Part shown: in pieces, positions 24,993 through 39,595 of the stretch
How the letters are laid out: each line of letters starts with the position of its first letter
Position numbering within the stretch: position 1 is the stretch's first letter
NCBI GenBank assembly: GCA_013239625.1
Contig: MU053810.1
Coordinates: 5,240,071-5,304,070, forward strand
Length of the DNA: 64,000 nt
Direction of reading: 5' to 3'
From: Lama guanicoe
Lineage: Eukaryota
The notes under the pieces: model-generated
What the model was told of the DNA's origin: nothing
Databases searched by the model: none
The model's input: the letters and a program-made list of their open reading frames with translations, nothing else
Translations under genes and position numbers: made by a program

Positions 24993-25365
24993 TGTCTTAG
25001 TCTATTTGGGCTGCTGTAACATAAAAGCCATCAACTGGGTGGCTTATCAACAACAAATTTATTTCTGACTGTTCTGGAGGCTGGGAAGTCCAAGATCAAG
25101 GCACTGGGCAGATTAGGCATCTGGTGAGAGGCGAATTTTGGGTTCATGGAAGATCACCTTTTCATTGTGTCCTCATTTGGTAGAAGGGGCAAGAGAGCTC
25201 TTATTGAGGGTCTTTTATTGAAGGGCATTATTCCCTTTCAGGAGGGCTCCACCCTCATGACCTAATTACCTCCCAAAGTCCCCATCTCCCAATAGCATCA
25301 CTTTGGGGGTTAGAATTTCAAAATGTGAATTTTGGATTGGGCACAAAAATTCATTCTATAGCAAC
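24993..25365 (-). mobile_element. MLT1A-like MaLR LTR
   Basis: 'tgtcttagtc..tttgggctgctgtaaca...ctgggtggctta..aacaaca..tttatttct..ctgttctggaggctgggaagtccaagatcaagg'. Confidence 0.85.
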
Positions 25366-26843
25366 ACATATTGATGAATTTGATTCTTGCCCTCAGTTCT
25401 GGCTTCTAGGAGTTCAGAGGTGTCTGTGCAGTCATGCTGCAGCTTAACGCCAGAAAACATATCCTCCAGTTTGCTGTACATAGGTTTAATTTCTCTTGTT
25501 ATTGGCAGAACAAATGGAGTGACTACTAAGGATGTTGTGGATGTCACCTCAGTAACTCTAATCTCATGAATCTCAAAATTTGGCCATATTTCTTCATTTC
25601 TATTTCCAAATGAGAAAATGGAGTTCCTTTATAGAATTCAGTTTTCTGTGTAAATAAGGAGGTGTGCCTACACAGAATTCCCTCAGTGCAACGTCTGTAT
25701 GATATGAGATCCGTTCAAATTAGCCACTAGGTTTTTAATCATCCTTTGTGTTACTGTCTTTTGATACAGATTAAATGCAAATGGAAAGCCAGTACTCCAA
25801 AGCAGATGGAGTGTATATATTCAATACAGATTTCTGGTTATCTAACACATATTGCACATACCTAGGCTTCCCAGTGTGTGTGTGAGATTAAACATTCGTG
25901 GAACAGAAAAAAGTAATTCAGTATTGTATGCAGACCCTTTATTCATCAATTCAGTCAAGTTGAACTGAGCTGCTGATAAGTCATAACCCTAAACTAGGCC
26001 TTAGAACAACTATCTCCCGGAGGACACTACTGTCCATCTCTAGTTCCCGGGAAGGGGCCTGTGGCCCATTCACTTGGGCTAGGATTTCTCTACCAAGACA
26101 GTCAGTCCAGACTTTGGCAGGAGGCTGGTTGACACCTCACTGCAGGCTGCTGCTGTCTTTGACTAGAGAGTGTGAGGTCACACAAGGTGCTGGCAGACCA
26201 GCCCCGCATGACTCTTTCCAGGTCTTGGTTTGCATAGGACTCAACCTCCGTTGGGCAAGCCACTACCAGTAGTTTCAAGTGGGCTTTAACCAGATCCCCA
26301 AGAGAAACAACTTTATACCGTCATTCCCTAATCTAGCCACCCTCCCAAATAGTCGAGAATGCAAGCATCCCTCTCTTTCTTTATTCTCTTTTGTCCAAAC
26401 TGCTCTGTTTTGTCTTCTTGACTCCAGCTCTTAATGCACCCACATCCTCCATTCTGTCCACTCTTTTGCTATCTCCATGGTAAATGAATAGTGATCTGCA
26501 CATGGTTCTCCACTAGTTCTGCCTCTTATCCAGAGGATGTGTATTCATGACAAGGGCAAGAGTCTCCTTGAAGAACAGACATCTTTAAGGGGATAATGGG
26601 AACAGTTAGAAATTGAAGACCAATGGGGAGTTTGAAAATTCAGTGTCATGTCAGATGAATGAATTTTTACCAAATAGAGTTCCATCTGAGACTGGGGAAT
26701 GATGGTGGTTGTATTCCCACAGACAAGTCAATCCTCTTTTAGATGAAGAACTATTTCTTGTCTTTGGGGGAAATCCTAGAGATGTTTTAATCAGAATAAC
26801 TTCAGAGGTTAAAATTTTCTTTTTACTTTGTCTGTGATTTCAG

Positions 26844-27055
26844 TGTATGGAAACCAAAATGCTGCAGAAAAAATCTGGAATCCTAAGCAGCGATGGTGCT
26901 GATGAAAATACACTTCCTCAGTTGGCAGCGACAGTCATGGCTTTGTCTCTCCAAGGTGTTTGTCTGGGGCAAAGAAGTTTGCCTTCCCCAGGCTATTTAT
27001 TTATTTTAATATATTTTCAGTTCCTTGAACAGCACAAATACTCTCCACTTATCAG
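26844..27055 (+). pseudogene. SLC39A12: SLC39A12 exon 4 equivalent (frameshifted)
   Basis: cag|TGT ATG GAA...TCA G|gtaag. Reads [12 protein letters not shown]...[16 protein letters not shown], then +4 nt; the ancestral frame resumes as [15 protein letters not shown]. 212 nt versus 208 expected. Confidence 0.92.
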
Positions 27056-28539
27056 GTAAGAATGCTTTTGGTGAATTCAACTTCCAAGTCACACCTACTA
27101 AATATAAACTGCACAAAAAAAACAAGGGCTGAAGTATGGTAATGACTGAATTTGTTCAGACATGTTTTAAATAGCATTTTTTTTTTTCTCAGCATATAGT
27201 AAGACAGCCCAGGGGCCTTTTCAAGGCAAACATGCTATGATATCTGTGTGGTGATAAGGCAAAAATATGCATTCAATTCAGTTTAGCAGGGATGACGAAA
27301 TTATAGATGGAGAGTCAAAGGGAGAGATTTTTATAATCTACCACTAGGACTAAATGAACATTTTCCTCTTTGGGACAAAGTTCTGGGCCAGGGGTGACAA
27401 AGTATTGTGTAGAAGGGAAAAATAGAGTATTCCAATTGGTGCAAGTGGCTTGATAGCAGTTTGTCTGTCATTATAAAAGTAAGTCATCTCATTTTAAATA
27501 AAAGTACTGTGTAAAGTATGCATCCTGGCTACATTCGTGACTGCCACCTTTCAGGGATCTAAGATAAAATGAGATGTCAGGAATGGAATCAGAACGTCCG
27601 TTTTCCACATTTCTTTGTACTCAACAAGCCTTGAAGAGTGAAATGACTTATTTTTTTTAATCTGTATCAGCACACCCTGCTTTGCACACCAAGGGGACCG
27701 GGTGTGTTACAATAGCTGGTACTGCCAAAACACTTCCTCCTGGGAAGTCACAGCATAGAGGAGAGATACAAAGTTTCAAAAGGACCAGCAGCAGACTCAT
27801 GATCTAGTTACATCTTCCTGTTCTAAAAGGGATCAAGAGCTAGGCGTCACACAGTTCCATGCAGAACTTTCTCTGATTGGTTTGTCCAACACATGGAATG
27901 ACAGATGTGTCTTCCTGCAATTCGTTTGTATTTTCTTTAAGAAATGAAAGAAAGAAACTTTCATTAAGATAAAAGTTGAAATACAATTAAATCATGTTAC
28001 CTAGGTGTCATAATTAGGAAATAGGCCAGGGAAAAGGATGCTATGCCGAGAATGATTTTGACGTGGAAAACGGGAATTGTGAAGTTCAGATTTCAAGTGA
28101 TTGAGTGTGAGCAGTCCAGTTTTCGTTCAACTTCAGGAATGCAATGATTCCACTTTTCCAAGAATGTAAAAATGTGTGCCACTGGAAGGCTCAGTCACTC
28201 TAGAAATAGGACGAGTCATCAGACTGGAATACAGAACATAGTTAGAGGCCAGCTGTGCTGTAAGATCCAGGCAGATTGTTATTGATTATTGTGGACCCTG
28301 GTTTAAAAAAAATCACATAATTGTTCATCAGAGGTATTCATTATCGCCTGTTTGGGCAAAATTCAGCCACTTTGCATTTGAGAACTCAGAATTCCATATC
28401 AGAGCACCATTCCATCTCAGTACAATTAGATCCTCATTCCAGATAAAATTTATTGCCACTGATTGTGTTTTTGGATAGGAGGGGGGAAAGTATGCTAGTT
28501 TTAAGTGTGTTGTAAAATATGTTTTTATTATAGATATTC

Positions 28540-31500
28540 TCAAATGTAAACAAAAGGAGAAACACTAATATAGTGAAACCTCAGCTACACAGTCTCCTGC
28601 CTCAACAATTATCAGCAAGTGGATAAATCTTGTTTTACATTTGCCTCCCTTCTCTCTCATTACTTATTTTGAAACAAATAATACATCTGTATATACTTCT
28701 GTGTGAATCTCTGAAAGAGAAGGATTTTTTTAAAAAAGCATCTATTACCAATATGGCAGCTAAAAAATTAATGATTCTTTAATATCATTTTAAAACACCC
28801 CTTTCATGTTCACATTTTTCTGATTTAAAAATGTTTTAAAACATTTTTATTGAACCAGGATCCAATAAGGTCCATAAAATTGTCAGTATGTCTCTGAAGT
28901 CTTTTTTATAGGTGTTAACGCCCTTCCCCTCCACCCTTATCTTCTTTATTTTGTTGCAAATTTTTTTGTCAGAATTAAAAAGGGATTATTTTATCCCATC
29001 TGGCTTTTGCTGACTGCATTCCTATTCATTTAACATGTGTTTCTATGCACTATGTTTCATATATGTTGATTTTTTAATTTCATTTTTTTATTGAAGTGTA
29101 GTTGATTTACAATGTTAGTTTTAGGTTGCATATTGATTTTTATATGTAGAGGCTTGGATACTTTTAGGTTATTTATTTATCTGGGGGTACCATCTTAGAG
29201 TTGGTATCTCCCATCAATGGCACGTAACATCTGCTTGTCTCTTTCCAAGAAGTTACAAGCTATGAATGTTCATCACCTAGATGATGAATTGTTTGGGACT
29301 TACCCAATGGTCATCTTCCTAATCTCTGTTTTTCATTTATCAGTATAATAATTCTATGGTGGAAAACCTTCCCCTCACCACAATTTCATTTTACTGAGGT
29401 TCTTAAAGGAACGTGAGGATGCATTCATGATTCTTTAGTTTACTACTTTTCAAAATAATAACATCTTTTCCTTGCATCCTTCAAAGAAGAATGATGAGCT
29501 TGTCTTTTTATATCACTATGATTTCATATCTCTCAATCTATTGCCTTTACTGTCTTACTGGTGTTCAGATCATTCTGTCTTTGACCAGTGGAATCTTATT
29601 TAAGGTGGCTCTAAGTCCTCTTCACAAAACCTTTAAACTTTTTGTATCCTAACCCTTGATCTCCAGTTTAAGATATTCCAGGTTCATCTTGTACATTTTC
29701 TGCCTACATCTGGGATAAGTTATTTCTCCAAATACTTTTGATTTTTGTATAAATCAGTTAATCAAACTTTTCTCTAACTGCTTTCGGATTTTGAGTTACA
29801 GTTAAGAAATTTCCCATATTCCTAGGTTATAGAGGAAGTTAACTTGAGTTTTCTTCTAGTACTTCTATGTTTGCATTTCTGACCCCCTTAGGATTAATTC
29901 TGGTGCATGTTGTGAGGATTAGATCCAGTTAATTTTTTCTATATGACTATGTAGTTTTCTTTATACCTTTGATGTAAAATGCAATGGAAATTATTTCCTC
30001 CATTGATTTGAGATGCTGCTTTTGCATACTAAAAGGATAAATGTAATCAGGTCTATTTCTGTTTTCTATTGTGTTCTTTTGACACTTGTCTATCCATGTA
30101 CCATTACTGTGCTGTTTTACTTTAAGGGCTTTATGGTATATTTTACTTTCTGAATAGAGCTAGCCTTCTTCACTGTTCTTCTTTCCAGGGTTTTCTTGGC
30201 TTGTTCATTCTTCCTAACAAATATCATGTAACTATTAAGCTCTGAGGGGAAAACCCTATGATAATTTTATTATAATTACAAAAAAAGTTGTTAAATAACT
30301 TATGAGAAATGACATTTATAAGATGTTGAATTTTTATATGCCCTAATATGTCTTTCCATTTGTTCATGTCAACATGTGTGTTTTTGTAGAGTGTCCCTCA
30401 CATAAGTTTTAGACAATTTTGGCTACATTTATGCCTAAGCATTTCACTTTCTTTTTGTCTCTCTTAACTGAGGTCCTCTGTTTCATTATAGCTTCTAACT
30501 GGTCTTTGCCTATATAAAGTTTAGTGATTTTTTTAGATTAATTTCATAAACTGAATAAAATATAATTATTTTATTCTTGCCATAATTTTTGTTTATTTGT
30601 TTGTTTTTAATTTTAGGGGGGAGGTAGTTAGGTTTATTTATTTATTTATTTTTAATGGAGGTACTGGGGAGTGAACCCAGGACCTCATGCGTGCTAAGCA
30701 TGCACTCTACCATGGAGCCATACCATCCACCCTTCTTGCCATAAGGGTTTTCAGATATATAATTATACCATCAACAAATAGGTATAGTTTTGCATCTTCT
30801 TTTTTAATTCATGTGTTCCTGTTTTCTCTGTCATCTAATTACATTGGTTAATAACCCCAATAAAATGGTAAATATTTTGAAGATGGTCTGCACCCTTACA
30901 TGTTTTTGACTTTGAAAGAAAAGCTTGTAGTGTTTCTTCACTGAGTTTAGAGAACAAATGATAAAGAAATAAATTTGCGTTTTTTATATTAACTCACCTA
31001 TTTACATTCCTAGTGCTCTTCATTTCTTCCTATGTAGTCAACTTACCATTCAGGTCATTTCATTTGATGTTTCTTGTCAGGCAGGTAGGTCTACTACTGG
31101 TAAATTTTCTCATTCATTGCTCATCTGAGGATAATTTTATTTCACCTTCATTTTTGAAACAGTGTTTTGTTGGATATTAAATTCTTCATTGACAGGTTTT
31201 GTTTTGTTTTGTTTTTTCTTTCAGGATTCTTATTCCATTACTTTCTGGCCTCCATTGTTTAGATGGGAGGTCACAATATTAATTGTATTAATATGTGATG
31301 AGTTATTCTTCTGTGACTACCTTCAAGATATATCAACAGTTTGACTATGTCTGGGTGTGGATCTTTTATATCTATCTTACTTGATGTCTGATGGACTTCT
31401 TCAACATGTAGATTAAGGTTTTTACATCAAATTTGGGAAGCTTTTAGCCATTATTTTCTCCATTTTTTTTATTTTCTGCTTCTTTCTCTTTGTCCTCTCT

Positions 31501-32000
31501 CAGTGACTACCATTAAATACAGGTCAGTATACTTGCTGCTTTCCACAGGTCTCTGAGACTTGTTCTCTTTCCTCCCTCTGTTCTTCAGATTGGATTACGT
31601 CTATTAATTTATCTTCCTGTTCGATAATTCTTTCTTCTACCATCTCAATAAGCTGTTGTACTCTAGTAAATTTTTCATTTCACTTATTCTGTTCTTTAAC
31701 TCTACAATTTCCATTTAGACTTTTGTATAACTTTTATCTGATTGAAAATTGCTATTTGTTAATTTATTATTGTCATCCTTTAGTTTCTCAAATGTAATTT
31801 TCTCTAGTTCCTTGAACATAATGGCCACTTTGAAGTCTCTGTCTGCTGAATCCAACATCTGGGAATACTCAGAGATATATTTCTTGACTGCTTTTTTTTA
31901 TCCTGACTCTGGGGCACACTTTCCCATTTCTTTGTAGGTCTCATAACTTTTTGTTGAAACTGGTCATTTAAAATAAAGTATTGTAGTAACTCTAGTTTGT
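28540..32000 (-). mobile_element. Composite of ancient L1 (L1M-type) fragments
   Basis: Long T-rich stretch with antisense L1 phrases such as 'ttttcttctagtacttctat', 'ttttatttcaccttcatttttgaa' and 'catcaaatttgggaagcttttagccattatttt'. Boundaries and subfamilies approximate. Confidence 0.65.
30586..30732 (-). mobile_element. tRNA-derived SINE, vic-1-like, inside old L1
   Basis: Perfect 12-bp TSD TTCTTGCCATAA at 30574-30585 and 30733-30744. Confidence 0.9.
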
Positions 32001-32686
32001 AATTTTTCTATTACTGGTGGTAACATTTAGGAAAATACCAGGGATATTTTTTTCACAAGTAAGAAGATAAATAAATCCAAAGAAATTCACCATTATGTTC
32101 AGTTATTCTCTGTATCAATTAATTTTTAAAAACCTACAGCTGTAGCAAGGGAAACAAAACTGCGATCTATAAATTGACAGCCATGCCACAATAGCATTAG
32201 AAAACGAGGTTTAGTTTGTCCCCACAATCTCATTCCTTTTCATTTCCTTTCTCTTTTTTGTGTTAAACACTTAAGGGGAAAATAATTCGATTGGCTTTAC
32301 ATTAAAGTTATAGTTAACCTACTAAGGATGTATAGTGCCAAGGAAATAAATTTTCTAAGAATTAATTCAGTTTCATCTCTTGTTTACATTTTTATACACC
32401 TAGACAAAGAATTAGTTGACTTACCAGAAAGCACTCCTTTTATGGAATTACTCATTTCATCATGGTTCAGCCCTCAAGCTTAGCCAAGATCTTGTGAAGG
32501 AATCAATATTCATGTGAAGTATAAATGGTCTTTATTCTTGTTCAGAATAAAATCTTGACTTTTCATTAGAACTTGGAAAATTTTGCTTAGTAAAATGTCT
32601 ATTCTGTGGCCATCTGAAATAGTGGCTATTCTGAAACTGGCCTGTCTTTATTCTGTGTGACACCAGATTTTGTATGAAATTTCTAG

Positions 32687-32859
32687 AACTAGACCAACTC
32701 CTCAACATTCTCTGGACTAAAAGTACCTGTATCAGAAAAGATAAAATCCATCAACTTCAAAGGGAACGAAACAACCCAACAATCCGTGATTGGGACTACC
32801 CTCATCTCTCTGTATCCATGGACCAAGAGTCAGAGGATGCTCCAGCTTCCTGGGATCAG
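32687..32859 (+). pseudogene. SLC39A12: SLC39A12 exon 5 equivalent (open)
   Basis: tag|AA CTA GAC...GAT CAG|gtattg; (E)[15 protein letters not shown]...[11 protein letters not shown]; 173 nt. Confidence 0.92.
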
Positions 32860-34529
32860 GTATTGGCATTATTCCTCTTGTACCATCATTTGCTACTGAG
32901 AAAAGAAGTAGCTGTGACAATTCTGTAAGAGTTGTAAAAAACTTAAGGGGTAATGTGTATTTCCTTAAATGTAAAAACTATTCTAGTTCCACAGTGGGGT
33001 CAGGGTTTGTTTTTTGTTTTTTTGGTGTTTTTCTTTTACAAGTGAATCTTTGCAGACATAAACTTGAGGCCAAGCTATTTAGGAGAATTATATATATATA
33101 TTGCTCTTTTGTCAATTGGGTCCATATTGAAGGCATGAATTATTAATTCAGCAAATATATTTGAGCATCTACTATGTGAATCACCATTGTGGGCACAAAG
33201 GGTAAAGTATTGAACAAAAACAGGAGCAATGGAGCCAACAGGGCAGTAGGAGGCTATGGACATAATATAAAAACTTCCAATGCATGAACACTTTGAAGTT
33301 AGGTTGGATTATGAAGAGATTACTTTGGGTTGTGAACAACAGAGGAATATTTGTATCGACTGAGAAGGTTTTGGAGGAAAGGTAATACATGAGCCTATTT
33401 ATCTCCTGATTTCCTGAAGTTGTGTTCCAAAGTACATTCACTGGCCTACCTACGTAATTCTTGGAAAGGGTTGCTCTGGTCCATTCTGTTTGGGAAAACT
33501 GGAGATGTATATTGCACTGTAGCATATTAAAGTATCTGGGGAGGTCCTTTCGTAAATACAATTTTTTAGTCTTATTGAATCAAGTATTTTTCAAACACTG
33601 ACTATAGAAACCTTCCCTGCCCTAATTATTTAAGATCTTGAAAAATTGATATTCCATGATAACGGCTTACATTGATTGAGTCCTTCCTATCTGTTGGACA
33701 CTGCATAATTTCATCTGCAGTTCTTCATTTAATTATTACCAACAACTATATGAGATTAGGTTATATGCATCCTGTGGATGAGGAAATTGAGGCATGGAGC
33801 TAACAAGTGGTTCCTTAAGGTCACAGAAACTAAGGGTCTATACATAGGTTATCTGATAGCATATTCTGTGCTCTTAACAACTATGCTATTATTTGAGAAG
33901 TGTTGATTTAAAGAAATAAAACTATTTTTGTCATTTGTATTTTAGATGAGTTAATAGTCTTATTAAGCATAATCTGTATTTTAAAAGAGCAAAATTTCTT
34001 ACATATTCCTAACAATATTGAAGGTTGTTCCTGCAAGTTTTGAATACATGATTGGACAGTATCACATATTTTTCTTACTATATATTTTAAAAGAGTGAAC
34101 TTCTGTTAATTATGCTGTATATAAAAGGCATCAATTAAAATTGATTCTTTCAAACTCACACTTAGTGTATTCAACTGAAGGTAACAAGAGTTGATGCCTA
34201 TATGAATCCTTGTTTGTAAAGTCTCCTTTAATGTTCCTTCAGGGCCAGCTCTTAGGAAGGGAAGACATTTGTCTGATGGAGACCCTATTTGCATAAAGAG
34301 TATAAGGTTATTTCTTAAAATGTAGGGGTATTTAAGGCACACATCTTCTACTTAAGACATACATCTTCTAAGAACAGTAATAATCATTTCCTGTGCTGAC
34401 TATGAAAAAGAAACAGAGCAACCTCTTTCTCAGTCCTTCTCTGTTTCAACATGTCACTTTCTTTGTGGATCTTGAGGGGACCCTTAAGGTAGGATATTAA
34501 ATCTGAAGATTCTGCGTATATTATTTAGA

Positions 34530-34720
34530 TCAGCGATTCTCAAAGTGTTGTCTGTGGACCAGCAACTCAGCAGCACCCGGGATCTTGTTGGAAATGAAAA
34601 TTCTTAGGCCCCCTCCCAGAATCTACTGAATCATAAACTCTGATTGTGGAGTGAGGCACTCTGACTTTTAACAAGTCCTCTGAGTGATTATCAAAACTCA
34701 AGTTCAGGAAGCAGCACTTC
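34530..34720. mobile_element. MER5A-like DNA transposon remnant
   Basis: 'cagcgattctcaaagtg...gaccagca...cttgttggaaatg.aaattcttaggcccc...ctactgaatca.aaactctg...ttttaacaag'. Confidence 0.8.
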
Positions 34721-36912
34721 AGAATATGTGTGGAAAGTTTCCCCAGAAGTCTGATGACATCAACACAAGTGTGCAAGTATACTGAAGTTTTATGGAGATG
34801 AATAAAGATAATTTTAAAGATTATTGGCTGGAGATTCTAAATTTACATACTGTTTCCTTTATTAAAAATATTTTGTGTACCAAAGTGTTATAGAACATGA
34901 TTAATCACCTTTCAGGATATTTGTGTGAGTGATTTCAGAAGAAATCTAATACAATAATGACCTAAATAGCACAGGAGCAGCACGTAAGTATCAAGGACAT
35001 AGACGCTTATGATAGAATAACCTTACTCCACGAGAAGGTATTCTCAGACTAGAAACTATTCAAATCCTTGACAATGAACAGGAAAAAGATGAATGGTATT
35101 ACATTCATGTTTATTTCTCCACTCTTTTATTTCCCAGGCATTTTTCAACATATTTATTATGAAGGATTCTTCATCAAAATTTTGTTGTTAGTTTACCCTT
35201 ATTGTTGTATTTTTAATGATGAGGTAACTATAGTCCACGAGTAATAAGTGGTGCAAAAGAGGATATTGTCTTGGGTGCAAATTTTTTGATAAAAGGAAAA
35301 AAAAATCACAGATTTAGCTTTCTGTTATTGTTTCTTTTAGTGGAGAACTTTTGGAGTTCTTGCCCAATCCCTTCCTGAGAAATGCCTTCCTGACTCACAG
35401 GGCTGAGTCCAGGAGCCATATATGAAGGGCATAATCCCCCCTCCTATCCTGGGGGCAAAACTGATGGAGTCCAATGAACATCTCATCCAAGAAAACCCAT
35501 CCATGGCTGGGCCAAACCAGGCATATTTATCAGGACTTGCAGACTCAATCCAATCTTAGGTTCTTGGACTGAAAGGTCACTTTAGAATTGGGGCTTATAT
35601 GGCCATGTGTTTATTAAAAGAGAGAAAGCCAGACTGAAAGGAAATAGATTCCTGCAGTGGGAAACAGAAAGGAGACAAGACTGAGCCCTGAAGAGATAAA
35701 GAAAAATATCTAATTCTAATTTTCCAGCTTCTGCTTGTGTTCCTCTTGAGATGTGCAATCCTTTTAATCTCAGACATCCCCCACTATCTTAATACATTCT
35801 CCTCTTGGTGTCTGCTGGTTTGAGTGGGTTGTGTTTTATGCAGCCAAACATTTCCTGATCAAGATTAAACCTTTTTACTCTTGGAGTCATCCCAAAGGAG
35901 TTCTTGGTGGAAAAACCAGCACATGTGTCATCATTATTTTCTGATTAGTCATGTGCCTTTGTTAAAAGCTCCTACATTCTATAGCATGGCAACTCAGACA
36001 ATCCTCATACATCACTTTAAAAAAAATACTTTGTTGTAACTAAAGATCACAATGATCTTGCACTGGGGCCATCTTTCAGTAGAAGACAGCCATTCTGCTA
36101 GTAAAACTATACACCATTCTCATCCACATATTAAAACTATTCAGTGTAATTTTTGATACACAAAATGTCAGCACATAACATGTCTAAGATGGACAAAGGC
36201 TTTGAGGTAGCTTTTAGGGACCTGTTTCATATGTTGTTTGTTTATACTTATTCTCTCTCATAAATACACCTATTCAGTATGAAAAAATTGCAAAGATCTG
36301 AATCAAAATTAGTGAAATCAGTAGGCACTAATGATGATTCCAATTGCTTTTGTGGAGAAGGGATGTCAAGGGACAGAGGGAGCCATATCATTTAATGTTT
36401 ACACACTGGCTAACGACACAGCATTCACTTTTTAAAATATTACCTTTACTTTTATTGTTTTTGAAAATGCATGTTGCCTACCCAGGCTTATTAAATCAGA
36501 GATATTAAAGACAATGATCTCCTTACCTTTAGAGTTCCTGTTTATCATATGAAATTTTAGCTTTGTTAATACAAAGACTCCCAAGAGAATCAAGGCTTCC
36601 TTAGGCTGCTGGTTAGAACATCATCCAACACATCATAAAACATAGTGCATCTTTTCAGGAAAGAAAAAAGTGTGCAAAACTTGTACTACATAGTACTCAA
36701 AACGACAGCGAGGTGCAGCTGACTTTGATCAGATATTAAAAACAATCCTTGGGAATTATTCATGGACAAAAGGTTGCAGGGAAACACGCATGGTAATGGC
36801 TCCATGTGTTGATGAGCCATCCCATTTAGTTCTGGCTCCTGCAGGATGGCAGCTGATGGGGAATTTGATTCACTGCTGAGGTTGGTAACCATGCATGTTC
36901 TTCCTTGGACAG

Positions 36913-37084
36913 ACTTGCTTCTCTGCTGGGCAGTTGGTGGAGATATTTCTACAGAACAGGCATTCCCCCATTTCTAAGGAGGACTTTAAGCAAATGAGTC
37001 CGGGAATCATCCAGCAGTTGCTCAGCTGTTCTTGCCAGCTGCCCCAAGGCCTACAAGCACAGCTGTCACCCACCACTGTGGAGA
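36913..37084 (+). pseudogene. SLC39A12: SLC39A12 exon 6 equivalent (open)
   Basis: cag|ACT TGC...GAG A|gtaagt; [14 protein letters not shown]...[17 protein letters not shown]...PTTVE; 172 nt. Confidence 0.93.
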
Positions 37085-37149
37085 GTAAGTTCTGATTCTT
37101 CTCTCAGAAAACTAATGCACATGATGTGTATAGTAATAACGGTAAAGGA

Positions 37150-37390
37150 AGGACACTTACCACATACCTGGCACTGTTCTAAGCATTTTGCCTTTATCAA
37201 CGTATTTAGTCCTCACAACAATGCTACCAACTAGATATTATTACCCCCGCTTTGGAGATGTGGAAACTGAGGCTTATAGTGTTTAAGTGACTGGTCCAGA
37301 GACACACAGCTGGTTAGTGATAGAGCCGGGATTCAAACCCAGGCAAGCTGGCCCCGTGATCTTTATTTTTAACCACCTATGCTATGCTAC
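37150..37390 (-). mobile_element. MIR SINE
   Basis: 'ggcactgttctaagcatttt...gatgtggaaactgaggctta...agagccgggattcaaacccaggca'. Confidence 0.8.
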
Positions 37391-38070
37391 CTTTCAATTA
37401 ATATTTTATATTTTGTGTATAACTTATATAAATTGATTTTGTATCCTATATTTGACTCTGTCATGGAAGTTGACATTGACCCCTATATTTGACTCAATTG
37501 TGGATCAGCTTAGCAGTCCATGGTTGAGAAGTGGCGTGGTATAAAAGAAAGAACATCATTGTGGGGATCAGAAATGATGAGTCGAGTCATGCCTTCCATC
37601 TTCAGCCAACCCTGAGATCTTAAGCGTTCTCTATTTCCCAAGCCTGTTTCTTTCTCTGCACTGTGGGAAAGCAGCGATCCTACAGGGCTTCCCATCCTTT
37701 CACATGGCAAGGCACATAGGAAAAAAATGCAGGCACATTGGGGTAAGCCACAGAGGCTGCTCCAGGATGGAGGTGACCAGTGCATGGAGGTGACCAGTGC
37801 ATGGAGGTGCCAACCTCCCAAATGTGACTAAAAGCCCCAAGAAATTAAGGGGTCAATATTCACACTCACTTGTAACCCGTAACATCATTGAAGTAGGTGA
37901 CCTGTACCGTAAGACTTCACAGGGTACCAGTGATGTTCCAATGGGATGATACGTACAGAAACATGTTCTGTGAATGTAAAGCACCTTTTATTTAAAAGAC
38001 AAAAACAAAATGGTGGCCTAAGAACATCTATGATGGATAGTAAAAATATGACAGTTAACCATATTCTTTT

Positions 38071-39384
38071 TTTTCTTTTTTAACATTTTTTATTGATTTA
38101 TAATCATTTTACAATGTTGTGTCAAATTCCAGTGTAGAGCACAATTTTTCAGTCATACATGAACATATATATATTCATTGTCATATTTTTTCCTCTGTGA
38201 GCTACCATAAGATCTTGTATATATTTCCCTGTGCTATACAGTATAATCTTGTTTATCTATTCTACAATTTTGAAATCCCATCTATCCTTTCCCACCCTCT
38301 GCCCCCTTGGCAACCACAAGTTTGTTTTCTATGTTTATGAGTCTATTTCTCTTTTGTATTCATGCTTTGTTTTTTTTGTTGTTGTTTTTGTTTTTGTTTT
38401 AGATTCTACATATGAGCGATCTCATATGGTATTTTTCTTTCTCTTTCTGGCTTACTTCACTTAGAATGACATTCTCCAGGAGCATCCATGTTGCTGCAAA
38501 TGGCATTATGTTGTCGGTTTTTATGGCTGAGTAGTACTCCATTGTATAAATATACCACATCTTCTTTATCCAGTCANNNNNNNNNNNNNNNNNNNNNNNN
38601 NNNNNNNNNNNNNNNNNNNNNNNNNNNNNNNNNNNNNNNNNNNNNNNNNNNNNNNNNNNNNNNNNNNNNNNNNNNNNNNNNNNNNNNNNNNNNNNNNNNN
38701 NNNNNNNNNNNNNNNNNNNNNNNNNNNNNNNNNNNNNNNGTCTTCTGAGAATCTCCATACTGTTTTCCACAATGCCTGCACCATACTATAGAGCTACAGT
38801 CATCAAGACAGCATGGTATTGGTACAAAAACAGACATACAGACCAATGGAACAGAATAGAGAGCCCAGAAATGAGCCCACAAACTTTTGGTCAGCTAATC
38901 TTCAACAAAGTAGGCAAGAATATACAATGGAATAAACAGTCTCTTCAGCAAATGGTGCTGGGAAAACTGGACAGCAGCATGTAAAACAATGAAGCTTGAA
39001 CAGTCCCTTACACCATACACAAAAATCAACTCAAAATGGATCAAAGACTTAAACATAAGACAAGATACAATAAACCTCCTGGAGGAAAATATAGGCAAAA
39101 CATTATCTGACATACATCTCAAAAATTTTCTCCTAGAAGAAATAAAAGCAAGAATAAACAAATGGGACCTAATGAAACTTACAAGCTTCTGCACAGTGAA
39201 GGAAACCATAAGTAAGACAAAAAGATAACCGAAGGAATGGGAAAAAATTTTTGCTAATGAAACCGACAAAGGCTTGATCTCCAGAATATATAAGCAGCTC
39301 ATATGACTGTATAAGAAAAAAATAAACAACCCAATCCGAAAATGGGCAGAAAACCTAAACAAGCAATTCCCCAAGGAAGACATA
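38071..39384 (-). mobile_element. Young 5'-inverted L1 insertion (contains N-gap 38577-38739)
   Basis: - strand 3' UTR and ORF2 end (DWIKKMWYIYTMEYYSAIK; ..LWKTVW) at 38071-38783; + strand ORF2 ([45 protein letters not shown]) at ~38783-39384; TSD CATATTCTTTT at 38060-38070 and 39385-39395. Confidence 0.9.
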
Positions 39385-39395
39385 CATATTCTTTT

Positions 39396-39595
39396 ATTTT
39401 TTATCCTTTTAATGTTTTTAATATATTTTTATTGAAGTATAGTCAGTTTATAATGTTGTGTCAATTTCTGGTGTACAGCATAATGCTTCAGTCTATAGGA
39501 ACATACATATATTTGTTTTCATATTCTTTTTCACCCTAAGTTACTAACAAGACATTGAATATAGTTCCCTGTGCTATACAGTATGAACTTGTTAA
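39396..39595 (-). mobile_element. Older L1 3'-end fragment
   Basis: 'ttttattgaagtatagtcagttta..aatgttgtgtcaatttctggtgtacagc...gaatatagttccctgtgctatacagta'; outer TSD TTAACCATATT. Confidence 0.8.
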
